A stretch of 64,000 bases of DNA from Octopus sinensis (Eukaryota): NCBI RefSeq assembly GCF_006345805.1, contig NC_043003.1, positions 49,848,001 through 49,912,000 of the forward strand. The letters are read 5' to 3'. Every line of letters starts with the position of its first letter. Within the stretch, counting starts at the first letter, position 1. A model generated the notes under the pieces. That model did no database searches, was not told where the DNA came from, and worked only from the letters and a program-made list of their open reading frames with translations. Shown piece by piece: positions 1-12,913 of the stretch. Position numbers and translations under genes: made by a program.

Positions 1-480
1 TCTGTTACATAGGATAAGGTTATGTTTTATTATTTCTGTTACATATAAAATCAGGTGTTACAATTGTAGTTACATACAAAAAAAGCAAACTATTTTCTGT
101 TACTTGCAATAAAAGTATATATTACAATTTTTGTTTTGTAAAATTACACATCATGTATTACAAAATTACATTTTATATTAGATATAATTATATTTCATCT
201 CATCTTGTTTGAAAATTTGAAAAACTAATGAATCACAAAATAAACCCTTTTCTCCTGTTCTTCGAATCTTAAATGTTTTTATTACTACATGCCTTTTATT
301 TGTACAATTATTACATGTCTTTTACCACCACCACCACCACCACCACCACCACACCCTAGAGTGCAGTGCTACTACAAACTGGTGAACAAGCAAAATGCAT
401 ACATTGAACATGTGCAATTGGGATTGTTTACACTGCTATCACTAATTCTAATTCATAACTGAATATATATATATATATAT

Positions 481-872
481 ATAATACAAAATGGGACAAG
501 AACGCAAAACATCCGGACAGCTAGGTGATACAAAAAGGGACAACAAAACATCCAGATAGACAATACAAAGAAAATGAGGACGGGTCATTCGAAGTTTTCT
601 TTCCTCAGTCAAGCACCAGATTATCCTCACAAATTCAGCTGATTATTCTTGAGATTGCTTCAATCTGGCCAGCCCCAAGGAAAAACTAAGCTAACAGCAT
701 TAGATTCCTTGGAAGAAAGCAGCAAATGTATACAAAAACAAGGACGGAAATAATGGACAATGTTACACAAATATAAATACAATAAAAAAAATATAATAAA
801 AATAATAGCAGGACATAACAAGAGTTGCCTTTCGACTTATGACGAATTAAGTTAAGCTGGCACATATAGAAA

Positions 873-875
<3 letters not shown>
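481..875. repeat. Unclassified interspersed repeat between two (TA)n tracts (possibly Penelope-like)
   Basis: Non-coding block bounded by (TA)n at about 462-481 and 874-914, the same context as the hammerhead-bearing repeats; no ORF homology seen. Confidence 0.3.
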
Positions 876-918
<43 letters not shown>

Positions 919-1637
919 ATAATAATAGTATTATAATAATATGAGGGAATATTATTCCAAACTTACAGGGAAAAATTCAATTTAGAAATACTAAATCAAA
1001 TTTTACAAAATATAATATATATATATATATATATATATAAATTATATATATATATATGAGTGCAAGCATGGCAAGATATGTGTAAGGCTAACCATAAACA
1101 TGACTATGTGGTTAAGAAGTTTGCTTCACAACCACATGGTTTCCCAATGCATGGTAACTTGGGCATGTGCTTTCTACTGTAGCTTGGGCCTTGTGAGAGA
1201 TTTTTGATTAACAGAAACTGGAAGAAGTCTTTTATTTGTGTATGTGTGTGTGTGTGTGTGTGCATGTATGTGTGTGTGCATGTATGTATCCATGTGTGTG
1301 TGCGTGTGTGTGTGTGTGTTTGTGTGTTTGCATGTCCTTGTCAGGATATTACTCACTAAATATAAATAAACCTCATTGTCATAAAGCAGTTCCATTCTTT
1401 TCCAATCTTCCATGAAAATATATATCCAGCTGTTGTGTTGTTTATGTTCAAAGCAGTAGAGACAATATTACTTTGTTTGGAAACAGGTATCAGAAACAGA
1501 AAAAGCATCTGGCCATAGAAAATTTGACCCGCGTAAATATGGGTTAATGTGCAGTAATTTGTATAGTATAAGTAAATAAATAAATAAATAAATAAATGGA
1601 GTTGAACACTGATGTTATTCAACTCCATTTATTTACT

Positions 1638-1665
<28 letters not shown>

Positions 1666-1669
<4 letters not shown>

Positions 1670-1853
1670 TAATCCAAACAAGAAAGCACAAAAAAAATCA
1701 CAACAACGCGAGGACGTGGAACAAATATAGTATTATTGGACGCTCAGGAAAGAAGGAAAGAAGGAGGGTTTAACGTTTCGAGCGGAGTTCTTCGTCGGAA
1801 ACATAGGAGAAGGAAAGATCCAGAGAAGGGAAGACAGAGGAAAAAAAATCGCC

Positions 1854-1856
<3 letters not shown>
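1666..1856 (-). mobile_element. Penelope-like repeat fragment with a minimal hammerhead-like motif (1768-1802)
   Basis: Homologous to 33180-33375 and 46440-46570; minus strand reads GTTT-CCGACGA-A-GAAC-TCC-GCTC-GAAAC-GTT-AAAC; (TA)n on both sides. Confidence 0.5.
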
Positions 1857-1895
<39 letters not shown>

Positions 1896-1920
1896 TATAT
1901 ATACATCTATATACATACCT

Positions 1921-2682
1921 TATATTAAGAGCTATTACTACACATAAATGCCTCATGCTGTAATGGGACTCTGAAGTCAAACTATCTTTAATAGATTAAT
2001 AAATATACATACCACCGAAAGTGGAGGAATGTAACTTGGAAGCTACGTCTTAAAAACAGATTTAGTTGCAAATCATTAATGGTTTCATGGTTAGTGTACA
2101 TAATACACTTCCAATCATCAGTGCAAACATAATCAGAACACATAAAAATGAACATCTGTACATACCAAGCAAGCAACAGATGTACCCAACATGGCATATA
2201 CAATTGCACTCACACTTATATATTCATGTATAAGGTGAGCTTGTCAAATTACATCTCAGTACATGTGTATAGTTGGAATAATTCAGCACTGAGTATGTTC
2301 CGGTTTAATTTTAAATAGTATGCAAGGTTAAAATCTATATAAGAATTTATCAAGTATCCAGCATGAAAAACCAGTTCAGGAAAAAATTTATATAAAATAT
2401 GTAATTATTCCTTTTAAATATAAATACATTTGTTATATTAAGGGCTATTACTACATGTAAATGTCTGATGCTGTTATGGGACTCTGAAGTCAAACTATTT
2501 TAATAAATATATGTAGCACCGAAAGCAGGGCAATGCAATTTGGATGCCCTTAATATAATGAATGTATTTATATTTAAAGGATAAAATTATATACTCTGTA
2601 TTAATTTTTTCCTGAACTGGTTTTTCACACAGGCTACTTGATAAATTCTTATATAGATTTTATCCTGATATATTATTTAAAA
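1921..2682. repeat. Direct repeat (1921-2045 / 2431-2561) with about 120-bp inverted arms (2310-2430 / 2562-2682)
   Basis: Both repeat pairs align by eye, e.g. atctatataagaatttatcaagt...aaaaaccagttcaggaaaaaa and its reverse complement. Confidence 0.8.
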
Positions 2683-2796
2683 TTATATATACGTATGTAT
2701 GTGAGTGTAAATGGCTGAAATATCAATATTTTTGACACTAGGTCTGCCCACTCAAAGCTAATTTCTATTTTCATATTGTTCATTATATAACATTTT

Positions 2797-2995
2797 AAGG
2801 TGGTGAGCTGGCAGAATCATTAACACACCAAGCAAAATGCTTAACAGAATTTGATCCATCTTTATGTTCTGCCATGGTTAACTTTGCCTTTCATCCTTTT
2901 AGGGTTGATGAAATAAGTACCAGTTGAACACTGGGGTTGATTTAATCTAGTAGTCCTCTCCCCTCAAATCTCAGGCCTTGCGCCTTTAGTAGAAA
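2797..2995 (+). mobile_element. Decayed SINE, family B
   Basis: ggtgagctggcagaatc head and ttgcctttcatcctttt..gttgat..aataagtaccag core, shared with 19095 and 20465 copies. Confidence 0.65.
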
Positions 2996-3009
2996 GGATT
3001 ATATAATGT

Positions 3010-3760
3010 TTTAGTGCTCGCATACTATATTTGCACTATAATAGAAACAGAATTCCTGCAGTCTCTGCATTTAAACCTGTATTCTGAATCCGATGGAATT
3101 ATTTTTGGTTGCTATGGTTTATGTTTCAAACTCAGGATACTGAACATATATAGAGTTTGCAGACAATCTATTAAACCCACTGTTTCTCTATTTTGCTTCT
3201 GTCTTGTATCAATTCACACAGCTTCCTTCTTTCTACTTCTTTCTGATCAGCCTCCTTGAAAATAAAAATAATGAACTGCATTTCTTATATATTTGCCATG
3301 TGCCTTAACTATTTCAATTCAATATAGTTTTTCTGCGCTGTGTTTAAGTAAGAGAACAGTATTTATCACACAGCAGTTTTCTTATTGTGTGATATAACTC
3401 CAACCAGCACTGAATGCTTGTTTTAAATATAACCTGTCAATGTCTTCCTTAAAGTCATGTATTATACATACTAGCATTAATTTTACTTGCAGTTCTGTCT
3501 TATCTCAATTCATCCTACATCTAGTTTATTACTTGAAAATGGCAGTTTATTACCAATATGGTTAATGTATTAACACCTATAATTTTATTCTTAGCATCTC
3601 ATCCTTTCCTGAGTACAATTTTAATGTTTCTATAATATCATTATCTGATTTTTTTTCCTCTCACTCATCGGTGCTGTATTCAGTATTTCTCCTTCATTTC
3701 TAGAGATGTGCAAGCTTGATCTTATTCTAGTTCCTTACTTCATGCCTTCCTCTATTATGA
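3010..3760 (-). pseudogene. Decayed RLE-type (R4/Dong/NeSL-like) non-LTR retrotransposon, RT thumb and downstream region
   Basis: Minus-strand pieces RKKIR**YYRNIKIVLRKG*DAKNKIIGVNTLTI, KEDIDRLYLKQ and HGKY; many stops and frameshifts. Confidence 0.65.
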
Positions 3761-4492
3761 ATTATGTGGTTTTGTAAGTTTTCCTTTTTCCATATAGGCT
3801 TTACACATTTCACTATACTCATTCGCAATTTTTTTAACACATTTCTATATCCTCATTTGCAATTTCCAACAATCCCTGCAGTTATATGTTATTCTGCCAA
3901 TAATCAAATTTTGCAAAAACCATTGAATCATCTCTGTGTCTTACAGAGAGAGAGAGGGAGAGAGGGAGAGGGAGAGAGAGAGAGCGAGAGACAGATGTGT
4001 GTATGTATATGTACACATAATTTTGCTTAGGTATAGGAATACTTAGTAACTAGTGATTAAAACTCATTATATATATATAATCACTTAGCTCTGAGTGCAT
4101 TGTTTTATATAGCAGGAAACAGTTACATATATATATATATATATATATAATTAAAATTATATATATAGGGATTTTAATAACTCATACCACGAAATCTATA
4201 GATTTGGGACCATCCAAATTATTTTATAAATCCTGGCTTTCTATATTCCTTGTTTACAACCTTGTGTAGTGGAGTAATAATCTAAGTGGTTCATAGACCT
4301 TTTGGGGTCTATTTCACACCTGTACCTATATGTATGTATGTATGTGTGTATGTATGTATGTAATGTAATGTATGTATACTAGATGTATTGACAGTTAGTT
4401 TGGTAAGCACTAAACAGAAGAACAATCAATGAAAAAGAGTGGGGAAATAAAAAGGTTAAGGAAGATGGAGATATGTAATATTTATCTCAATG

Positions 4493-4829
4493 CAGTAATC
4501 CCTCGAATATCACAGGTGTTACGTTTCAAAACACCTCATAATAGGTGAAAATCTGTGAAGTTGAAACAGTACTGTACAGTATATTTTTTTAATTATTTTT
4601 ATAATTCGTTCATTCTCTTTTACTTGTTTCAGTCACTTGACTGTGGCCATGCTGGAGCACCGGCTTTAGTCGAGCAAATTGACCCCAAGACTTATTCTTT
4701 GTAAGCCTAGTAATTATTTTATCAGTCTCTTTTGCCGAAGTGCTAAGTTACAGGAATGTAAACATACCAGCATCGGCTGTCAAGCGATGCTGGGGGGACA
4801 AACACAGACACACAAACATATACACACAT

Positions 4830-4890
<61 letters not shown>

Positions 4891-5206
4891 TATACATATA
4901 TACAACAGGCTTCTTTCAGTTTCCGTCTACCAAATCCACTCACAAGGCTTTGGTTGGCCCAAGGCTATAGTAGAAGACTCTTGCCCAAGGTGCCATACAG
5001 TGGGACTGAACCCGAAACCATGTGGTTGGTAAGCAAGCTACTTACCACACAGAAGCTCCTATGCCTATGTATTTACTTTATCAAAAACGCAAAACAGCAC
5101 TATGGAGGAATCGATGTAAGCTTAAATAATAAATAAATAAACCACAATAGGTGAACCACGATAGATGAACCGCGATGGGGACCCATGATATGGTGAGGGA
5201 TTACTG
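4493..5206. mobile_element. Pogo/Tigger-type MITE interrupted by a SINE
   Basis: TIRs cagtaatccctcg / tgagggattactg; TA on the right, TG (mutated TA) on the left. Confidence 0.75.
4614..5066 (-). mobile_element. tRNA-derived SINE, family A (CORE-like centre, internal microsatellite)
   Basis: Full head, ccttgggcaag.gtcttctactatagcc centre, (TA)/(TG) tract and gactgaaacaagtaaaagag tail; matches more than 10 copies in the window. Confidence 0.9.
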
Positions 5207-5219
5207 TATAGCATTTTGT

Positions 5220-5520
5220 ATGATATGTATATTGTTGCTCTCCATACTATTGCAGTATATTTCTTCTTTACAGTTATTTCTGGTTCAGCTTTATTTCTTG
5301 TAGCAATTCTACAATCCAGCTATGTGGGATGTTGTTCAATGCTTTTGACAAGAAATCCACTTTTTGCTTAAGTTCTTTTATCAATTTCTGCTATGTTTGG
5401 ATTTGATATTATTCATTCTTTGATATCTACCAGCTTTCTTGGAAAGCTATTTGTTATTTCAATACCGTACTATTTTCTGCACAAGAATATCGATGTTATA
5501 GAGATTTAGACAGTATGTAA
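5220..5520 (-). pseudogene. Decayed RT N-terminal segment of an RLE-type non-LTR element, probably the same insertion as 3010-3760
   Basis: KNLSKKWI...KALNNIPHSWIVELL resembles the KNLSMAWIDYxKAFDSVPHSWI block of R4/NeSL-type RTs. Confidence 0.6.
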
Positions 5521-5649
5521 ATCTGAAAATGCTCATGTTTTCAGAAGAATAAAATACATTTTATTCCTCTCTAAAGTAATGGACCTAGAATTATCGCTGG
5601 TCCTTTAATAACAGTTAGTTCACATTGCTCTGTAAGGAGTGTAGGAACA

Positions 5650-5855
5650 ATTTCCAGGTTTCAATGGTGTAAATATTCCTCCCTTGATGGGATGTCAGTC
5701 CATCACAAAATTACTCTATTTTATCAACTGAGTGAACTGAAGCAACATGAAATGAAGTGTTTTGCTCAAGACCACAACACACCACCTGGTCCAGGAATCG
5801 AAACCACAATCTTATGACCAAGAGTTCAATACCTTAACCACTAAGCAATTCACCA
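5650..5855 (-). mobile_element. SINE with family D head and V-domain-like body
   Basis: Minus strand: tRNA-like head, cttgagcaaaacacttcatttcatgttgcttcagttcactcag, then gatggactgacatcccatcaaggg. Confidence 0.55.
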
Positions 5856-6055
5856 TTTTAATGATAACTCTGAAAAGTTAAATAAATAACTCATTTTCAT
5901 TTATCTGGCATTACCAAGTCTGTAAACAAGAAGTTTTGTGTTTTATCAACATTTAGTGGGCTTTGGGGGGGGGGGTTCTTTTCAATTATTAAAGTCAACT
6001 TACATAACGTAGTGAGGAAATCTAACCTTTACTGGCAAATACAGGAAAAGCTATG

Positions 6056-6096
6056 TTCTGCTGAAGAGGTCTAATAAGACTAAAACATGTCTGGAG
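6056..6096 (+). ncRNA. Decayed minimal hammerhead ribozyme motif (Penelope pLTR-like)
   Basis: TTCTG-CTGAAGA-GGTCT-AATA-AGACT-AAAA-C-ATGT-C-TGGAG: intact CUGANGA, 5-bp stem II, palindromic ACATGT stem III and GUC site, but GAAA mutated to AAAA. Confidence 0.5.
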
Positions 6097-6606
6097 TTTT
6101 TCATCTCTCAGGCTTTATGTGCCATTATTTTCTTCTCCTTGTTGCATAACAATGATAAGTTAATGAGATTTTTCTCTTCATTTCATTAATTATGATGGTC
6201 TTAATTTTAGTTAATTACCACTGGGTAATTTCCATTTTTCGGTTATTATCTAATTCAAATATTTGTTTGCCATATCTGCAACATTTTGCAACAGAATATA
6301 CTTTTGAGTTGTTTTTAGTTTGTCCTCCCATGACAATCCTCTGTGCTGATTTCATCATATAAAATTCATTTCTTTAAATGGTATTATCTCTGCTCTTTAG
6401 TTGCCAATGTTTTAGCTTTAATTTCTTGTTTATTTATTATCTCAGTACAATTCCTTCAGACTAGCTTTGGAATGATTGTCAGAGAATCATATAATATGTT
6501 GACATCTTTTATTATCACTCAAGCCATATCATTGTCTATCACATTTGGATCAGTGAATGAGTGCATAGCTGTGAATTCATGTTATTGCTATTGCTATTTA
6601 TGCTGT

Positions 6607-6607
<1 letters not shown>

Positions 6608-6640
<33 letters not shown>

Positions 6641-6800
6641 TACTACTACTACTACTACCACCACCACCACCACTATTATTATTACTGGCTTTGTGCCTGA
6701 ATTAGAAACCATTATTATTATTATTGCCATCATCATCATCATCATCCTCCTCATCATCATCCCCCTTCTCTTCCTCATCATTATCATCACCAGCAGCTCC
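6608..6800. repeat. Compound trinucleotide microsatellite (TAA/TAC/CAC/TAT/CAT)
   Basis: Directly visible. Confidence 0.95.
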
Positions 6801-7537
6801 TTTGTCATGATTATATCATATTCCATAGTCTTATTTTCATTGCATGTTTTCACTGGACTAATGTCTGGGATACATTCAGTGTTCTTCTTTTCTCAGTTTC
6901 TGCTGTATTGAAATTACTCTACACAATATGTGTTCATTGCCTCGTAGTGCTATTTTCCATGTCTTGTGTGAGTCCTGGGATTTTGGATACATATTTATTG
7001 GCAATATTTTTAATTATTCCCAAGATACCAATATAATTGTTATTGTTTTCAGTGCTCACATTCCGACCGACATTATTTGCAGCTCTTTATGTATGGATTT
7101 GTATTACTTTTCCATTATTTCTCATTATCTCAATGGAAATAATATTGCTGATTTTGTTGTTGTTGCTGTTGTTATTGTGTACGTTGTTATGGGCAGATGT
7201 GTCTTTGTCTTGCATCAAATTTTGGATTTTTTTTTATCTATTCTCTGCGGTTAATTTTTCAACAGAAAACCTTCTAAAATGTGTTGGACATTTGCATTAT
7301 ACTTGGGGAAGACAAAAAAAAATCTGTAATTTTAGGTTATATTATTTTTCTGTTTCACTGATTTCCCACATGAGTGGCTTCTCATCAGTGAAACAGCTCT
7401 TTAAGAAAGTGAACCTGAGCATAACTACTTGGTGAATAAAATCTAATTATATTGCAAGACCCAAACATTGTGCATGGCAAAAGTAGTGGTACTTTTTACT
7501 TGCCATCAAAGGTGATAACAGTATCGATTCAAGACAT

Positions 7538-7755
7538 TTATCCTCCTCCCCATCTCGCACATTGTTTCTCAAGGGAGCAAATGTGGCTGACTAGACCGAT
7601 AAGAGATAAGCAAATCCTGTGGCACTGGGAGGTACTGAATTGACTCTGATCAATAGCTTTAGGGGTTGATGACGATGTCTCCTCCTCTCTTCTTGCTGTC
7701 TCCTGCATTCGGTTTCAAAGTGCTCTACTCCGGCATTACACACTGACTTCTGTCT
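7538..7755 (-). pseudogene. 3' end of an RTE-clade LINE ORF
   Basis: CNAGVEHFETECRRQQEERRRHRH, then frameshifted QCHRICLSLIGLVSH, the RTE C-terminal Zn-finger motif. Confidence 0.75.
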
Positions 7756-8519
7756 GTCAAAAATATCAGTTTGAACAATTTGAATGAGACTATTATGACT
7801 AATACTAACAAAACAAGAGAATAAGAAAAGAAAATTTTAATGGGTTTAAGTATTATTTTTGAGTGACACAGCAGAGAATGTCAAAATTTTTTTGAAAGGC
7901 ATTGCTAGCAACAAAAATATACCGAACATAACTGACCTTGCAAAGAAAAGATCGCCATGGTAGACATATATGACCAAGGAACATGCCCCCTTGCCTCAGC
8001 TCTTTATCCAAGAAGGGGTGAAGAGGCAGGTCACATAACTGTGCATCTTTAAAAACAGGATTTTTTTAACCTCAAAATTTGCCGAAGAGCTGAGTGATAT
8101 ATCTTATATCAACGGGATAAGATGTCTGAGACGGTTTATCTGAATTTCAAACGGAAAACTGGACAAAAAAGTAAGCTGAGCAAATGTATTATATAGCTAC
8201 ACATAAGCTAATTCCATAATTCATGGCGGGAGCAACCAGTGAGTGATGAAATTGGGAGGGGACGGCATGGATATTCAAATAATAACAACTCCAGAAGGTC
8301 ATCATTCTAGAATTGTCGACCGGTGCGAATGCGGAAAGAAAGGCAATGGGACTAATGATGCAAGGCTGAAGGTTGAGCTGTCACACATGAAGTCGTAAAG
8401 GCTGTTCATTTAAGAGTTTCTGGTCACAAAACTTGATAAATAGGAGAAAGAGAGCACCAACGACAACATTAGGCCACAGGAGTAAGTTTCTCTCCTAGTT
8501 TTACATAATTTGCACATGA

Positions 8520-10411
8520 GTGTAAGACAAAAGACCCCTAGGATAAAAGCCCCTCGGACAAAAGCCCCATAGTTAAAGTGTGAAACTGGACAAAAGTCCC
8601 ATGGTTATATTTTAGGATTACTTTTCCGTTTTTTTCATCTTTTACTTGTTTTAGTCATTAGACTGCAACCATGCTAAGGCACTGCCTTTAAGAATTTTTA
8701 GTTGAACGTATCGACCCCAGAATTCTTTTTCCTTTTTACTTGTTACAGTTATTACACTGCGGTCATGCTGGGGCACCACCTTGTAGAATTTTTAGTCGAA
8801 TATAATGACCCCCAAATTTTTTTTTACGATTTTCAACCATCATATGAAGTTAAGCCTGGAAGATATCTCTACATGCTAGAAATAACAGCCAAATCTCTTG
8901 AAATTTTTTATAACCCTCTCGTGTTTTTTTTTCGTTTTTCTAAAAATCTTTTTACTTGTTTCAGTCACTGGATAGCGGCCATACTTCGGCACCAGCTTGA
9001 AGAATTTTTGGTCGCAGAGAATTCAGCATTTAAAAATATATATATACTAGCAGTATCGCCCGGCATTGCTCGGGTTTGTAAGGGAAATAACTATATAAGC
9101 ATTTTTAGAGAGTTATAGCCAAAAAATAGCAAAAAAATGCATTAAAAATGGAAAACAAATGATGGTAATTTTTTAAAATCGTTGACTCATCGTAGACATT
9201 TTTAGAGAGTTACTTCCCTTATATAATAGCGAAAAAATGCATTAAAAATGGAAAAAAATGATGGTAATTTTTTTAAAATCGTAGACTCATCGTAGACGCG
9301 CGCTAATACCCAGAAGGGCTCGATATGAATCACGACTATAAGATACCCGGTTTTGGTTAAACTGCACCGCAAAATGTGGGAGTAGTTAGGAATCTAAATC
9401 GTAGGAGACAGACACTCACACAACTTCACTTTTATATATAAAGATAAAGCCTTTTGTTTTTTTCTCTGAGCTCTTATAGATTAATGAGAATAAGTTGAAC
9501 TTTTGAACTTTCTCTGGCCGTTGAAGGCGTAACAGAAGGCTAGCCATTCAAACGTACTTCTTATCATTTGCCTAAATAGGGAGATGTATATTTCTCCATA
9601 AAAATGACAAATTGTGGTTTTTGTGAAGAAAAAACATATCAGAGACATGTGTAATATTTACTTCCATTTTATGTGTGTATATATAGTCATTCAAACGTAC
9701 TTCTTATCGTTTTTATGTTTCTACACATTTCTTTAAGTAAATGCTTTCTCTTTTATTAGAATTCAGACAATATGTACATTGAGTAGTAAAGAGTCGTGTG
9801 CTCTGTTATCCTATTATCGATGTTAAGGTTGATTTACTTTCATTTTCAAACTTTAAAATTATTCTAAAAATGAGGTAAGTAATTGAAACACACAGAACAT
9901 ACCATTGTGAGGGACATAGATGTTGTTTACTTGAAAATTGGAATTTTGGAAAATAATTTTTATTTTTTACAACCGCGATTTCCGTTTTTGTTTACGTGAA
10001 ATTATTTTAAAAAATTTGTAAGAGTTGGCTGTTATTTCCAGCATATGGAGAGCCCATCTAGGCTTAACTTTATGTGCTGGTTTAAAATCAACTAAAAAAT
10101 GATTCTGGAGTCGATACACTCGACTAAAAATTCCTCAAGGTGGTGCCCCAGCATGGCCGCAGTCTAATGACTGCAACAAGTAAAGAGAAAAGCAACAATG
10201 AATTTTATCAAAGAGGTGGTTATGATCAAGCTTTAAAAAAAATTCTGGGTTTCATACAGCCAAGGTGGTGCCCCAGCATGACCGGACGCAGTCTAATAAC
10301 TGCAACAAGTAAAAAGAAAAAAAATTGGGGGGGGTGCGTTATATTCAACTAAGAATTCTAAAAACGAAAAAATAACCGAAAAATATAACCGTGGGTCTTT
10401 TGTCCGGATCC
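8520..10411. mobile_element. Foldback/MULE-like non-autonomous DNA element with nested insertions
   Basis: Repeated ggacaaaag(c/t/a)ccc at the left end mirror gtgggtcttttgtccggatcc at the right; inner inverted arms 8845-8910 / 10010-10072. Confidence 0.65.
9047..9444 (-). mobile_element. Non-autonomous Helitron
   Basis: Minus strand starts A|TC(TTTATATATAAAA) and ends with hairpin cccgagcaatgccggg then CTAG|T; AT target, no TSD. Confidence 0.8.
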
Positions 10412-11439
10412 CTAGTGTTTTTTGCAAGGCCTTTGTAACATGTTTTTCTGCGTGTGACGAGCTCTGATGGTAATAAAAGAAACGATCATCATCATGATCA
10501 TGATCATTATTATTATTGCTATTGCCATTATCATTATTATTGATATTGTTTTCCGATGAATTGATGCGTTTAATGCAGTTTCGGAGAATTGAGTTTGCTA
10601 CATTTAATTTGATGGAGAAGAAGAATTTTTTGTCTCATTTTGTCAGCAAAGAACTTTAGAGAATTTGTTCGTCCGCCCCATTAGCTTGGAGTGGAAACAT
10701 AAGATTTGTCATTGGTTAATCTTTTTTTTTTTTTTTTTAATGTTTTATATTTTTGTAAATATTGTTTACTCGCAATTTAATCAGGTTTCCTCTTGAGGAA
10801 CGAGAAGCTACGCTAGCTACAAATGTAGAAGCCCCCACCAAAAGAAAAAAAAAACGGATAAAAGTTTTGAAAAGTTTGAAAATAATAAAAAAGAAAGAAT
10901 TTTTAGTAAAAAGATAAACAGAAAAATATGAGAATTGCATAGCCAGAAACTTTTGTAAACAGACATTTACGCTTTAACACGCACAAGCGGCAAACATAAA
11001 TTTCGAAAACAAAAGTAATTCATCGATTGTGATCATTACGAGCCAGAGAAAATATTGATCATAGGTCACCTCCGGGGAAAAAAGCGTAGGAAAGTGTGTC
11101 ACAAAAGTCAGTGCCTCTCTTTTTGTCGATTTCATCGACAAATGGTCAAGGAGAACTTTAACGTACTTTTGCTTCTCACAATAAAATCGAGAGCATTTTG
11201 ATATACCCTCAAAGGAGTAGCTTTAGGAAGTCTTAGCTGGTGTCTGGCGCGTTGTGCGCTCCACAGAGAGAAGTAGGGCATATGGAAGTGTAAGCCCAGC
11301 CTTTAAGACACGGGGTAAAGCAAGGAAATGAGCAGAGCTTAAGCACCATCCACAGAGTGGTGTTGGCTGAGGAATAAAACACGAGATACAATTTAGCTTG
11401 TCGTCACATTTGTGGCACAGCACGAGCAGGTGATGAGTG

Positions 11440-11650
11440 CGGAAGCAACTGGAAACAACATGTGGTCAGTTGGAATCTGCATAGACAGACAGGTTCTGAT
11501 AACCTCCACCAAAGGTCACAAGGATATTCCAGAATCGTACCCTGTTGTAGAAGAAAGAAAGGTAATCTGACTGGTGATGGGCAGAAAGCCAACTTGCTAC
11601 ATGTGTAAGAACTACACGAGAACAGTGTGTCTAGAGGAGGAAGAGGAAAG
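11440..11650 (+). pseudogene. Possible decayed LINE ORF1 (gag-like zinc knuckle)
   Basis: DIPESYPVVEERKVI*LVMGRKPTCYMCKNYTRTVC resembles the IP..V.GR.P.C..C...H....C knuckle of LINE ORF1 proteins. Confidence 0.35.
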
Positions 11651-12843
11651 GGGACAGTAGTCTATAATAGAGGCGGTAGCAGTAACAGCAGCGACTACAA
11701 TAGAAGCTGCAGGCCTTGGAAATCACTTTTTCCAGAGCACTACCAATCGCAACTCGTTGGATAGCAGAAGATATTGCCTCGCCTTCGGTTACGAGATCCA
11801 ACGATCAGGTGGAGCTTCGAAAAATCAAGAACTCCTGTGTCCCGTAACGCAGAGCTGGCAGGAGGTCATAACAAATAGTATCAGTTCATTATTTTGCAAC
11901 TCCCAATATACCGTTTGAATTTTGAAGATATGCACGCAAGACTATAGAGGAATACAATAGAAATAGAACAGTTGAAAAGGAATATATGATAGTTCAAACA
12001 ACGAAAATAAAATTTTAAACTGTAATAAAGATTAAAAATAACTGAGAGGGTAATTCATAAAGGTAGACTTATAACATGCAAAATAAAATTTATAAGAAAA
12101 CAACAAACTCAGATTTTGGCATTGCTACAGAATATTAAGCAAGTTCACCAATGAAACTGCAGCGCCTTAGCAATGGAAATATTAACAGAGACTATTATGA
12201 AAAAAATTTGTGAGTAAAAATTGTTAAATTGGAAAGAGAAAAGAAATTCTTGAGATAATAATCGAAATATAGAAATAATTAAAGAATCAATAAATATGTC
12301 TATACTAGACTTATCAGTTCGGGAAGGTCTGAACAAATTATGGGTACTGCTTCTTTCCCCCGTCTGTCTTGTGTAAAGAGGTACTTTTCTAAAGATGAGA
12401 ATTGACTATGGAATTGCAAGAACAATTTTATAACACAAACACATAAAAGTACTCATAAACTCGACCACAAAAGACATAACTGAAACACATGCAAACGTCT
12501 ATACTAGTTGAATAAACCAACTAACTTTGCTGTAATGCGATAGCATTAAATATATGAAGTGAATAACTTCAATTGGACGTATTCATGCAATCAGTAGACG
12601 TTGCTTGGGGGGAAAACGTTTGATAATTTAAAAAGAGTGAGAGAGTGAATGGAAACGACTGGAAGTAAGGTAACATAGCTCCAATACAATCAAATATTTG
12701 AACATTTTTTGTAATTATTATTATGCAACGGGAATAGATCTAGTCTTTAGAGCCAACTGGTGGAAGTAAAAGACATGTTTCAAACTTAATAGACTTTTAC
12801 AGCGAATTATACATCAGTTGGAAAAATTTACCAAACAATCAAC

Positions 12844-12913
<70 letters not shown>

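Noticed and set aside
575-625. Minus-strand CTGAGGA-AAG-AAAA-CTT-CGAAT-GACCCGTC hammerhead-like string
   Set aside because: GAAA is replaced by GAAT and stem I is out of register; too weak without a family consensus
8310-8485. GC-richer block ending in a gtaagt donor consensus
   Set aside because: No open frame from a plausible acceptor and no recognisable homology
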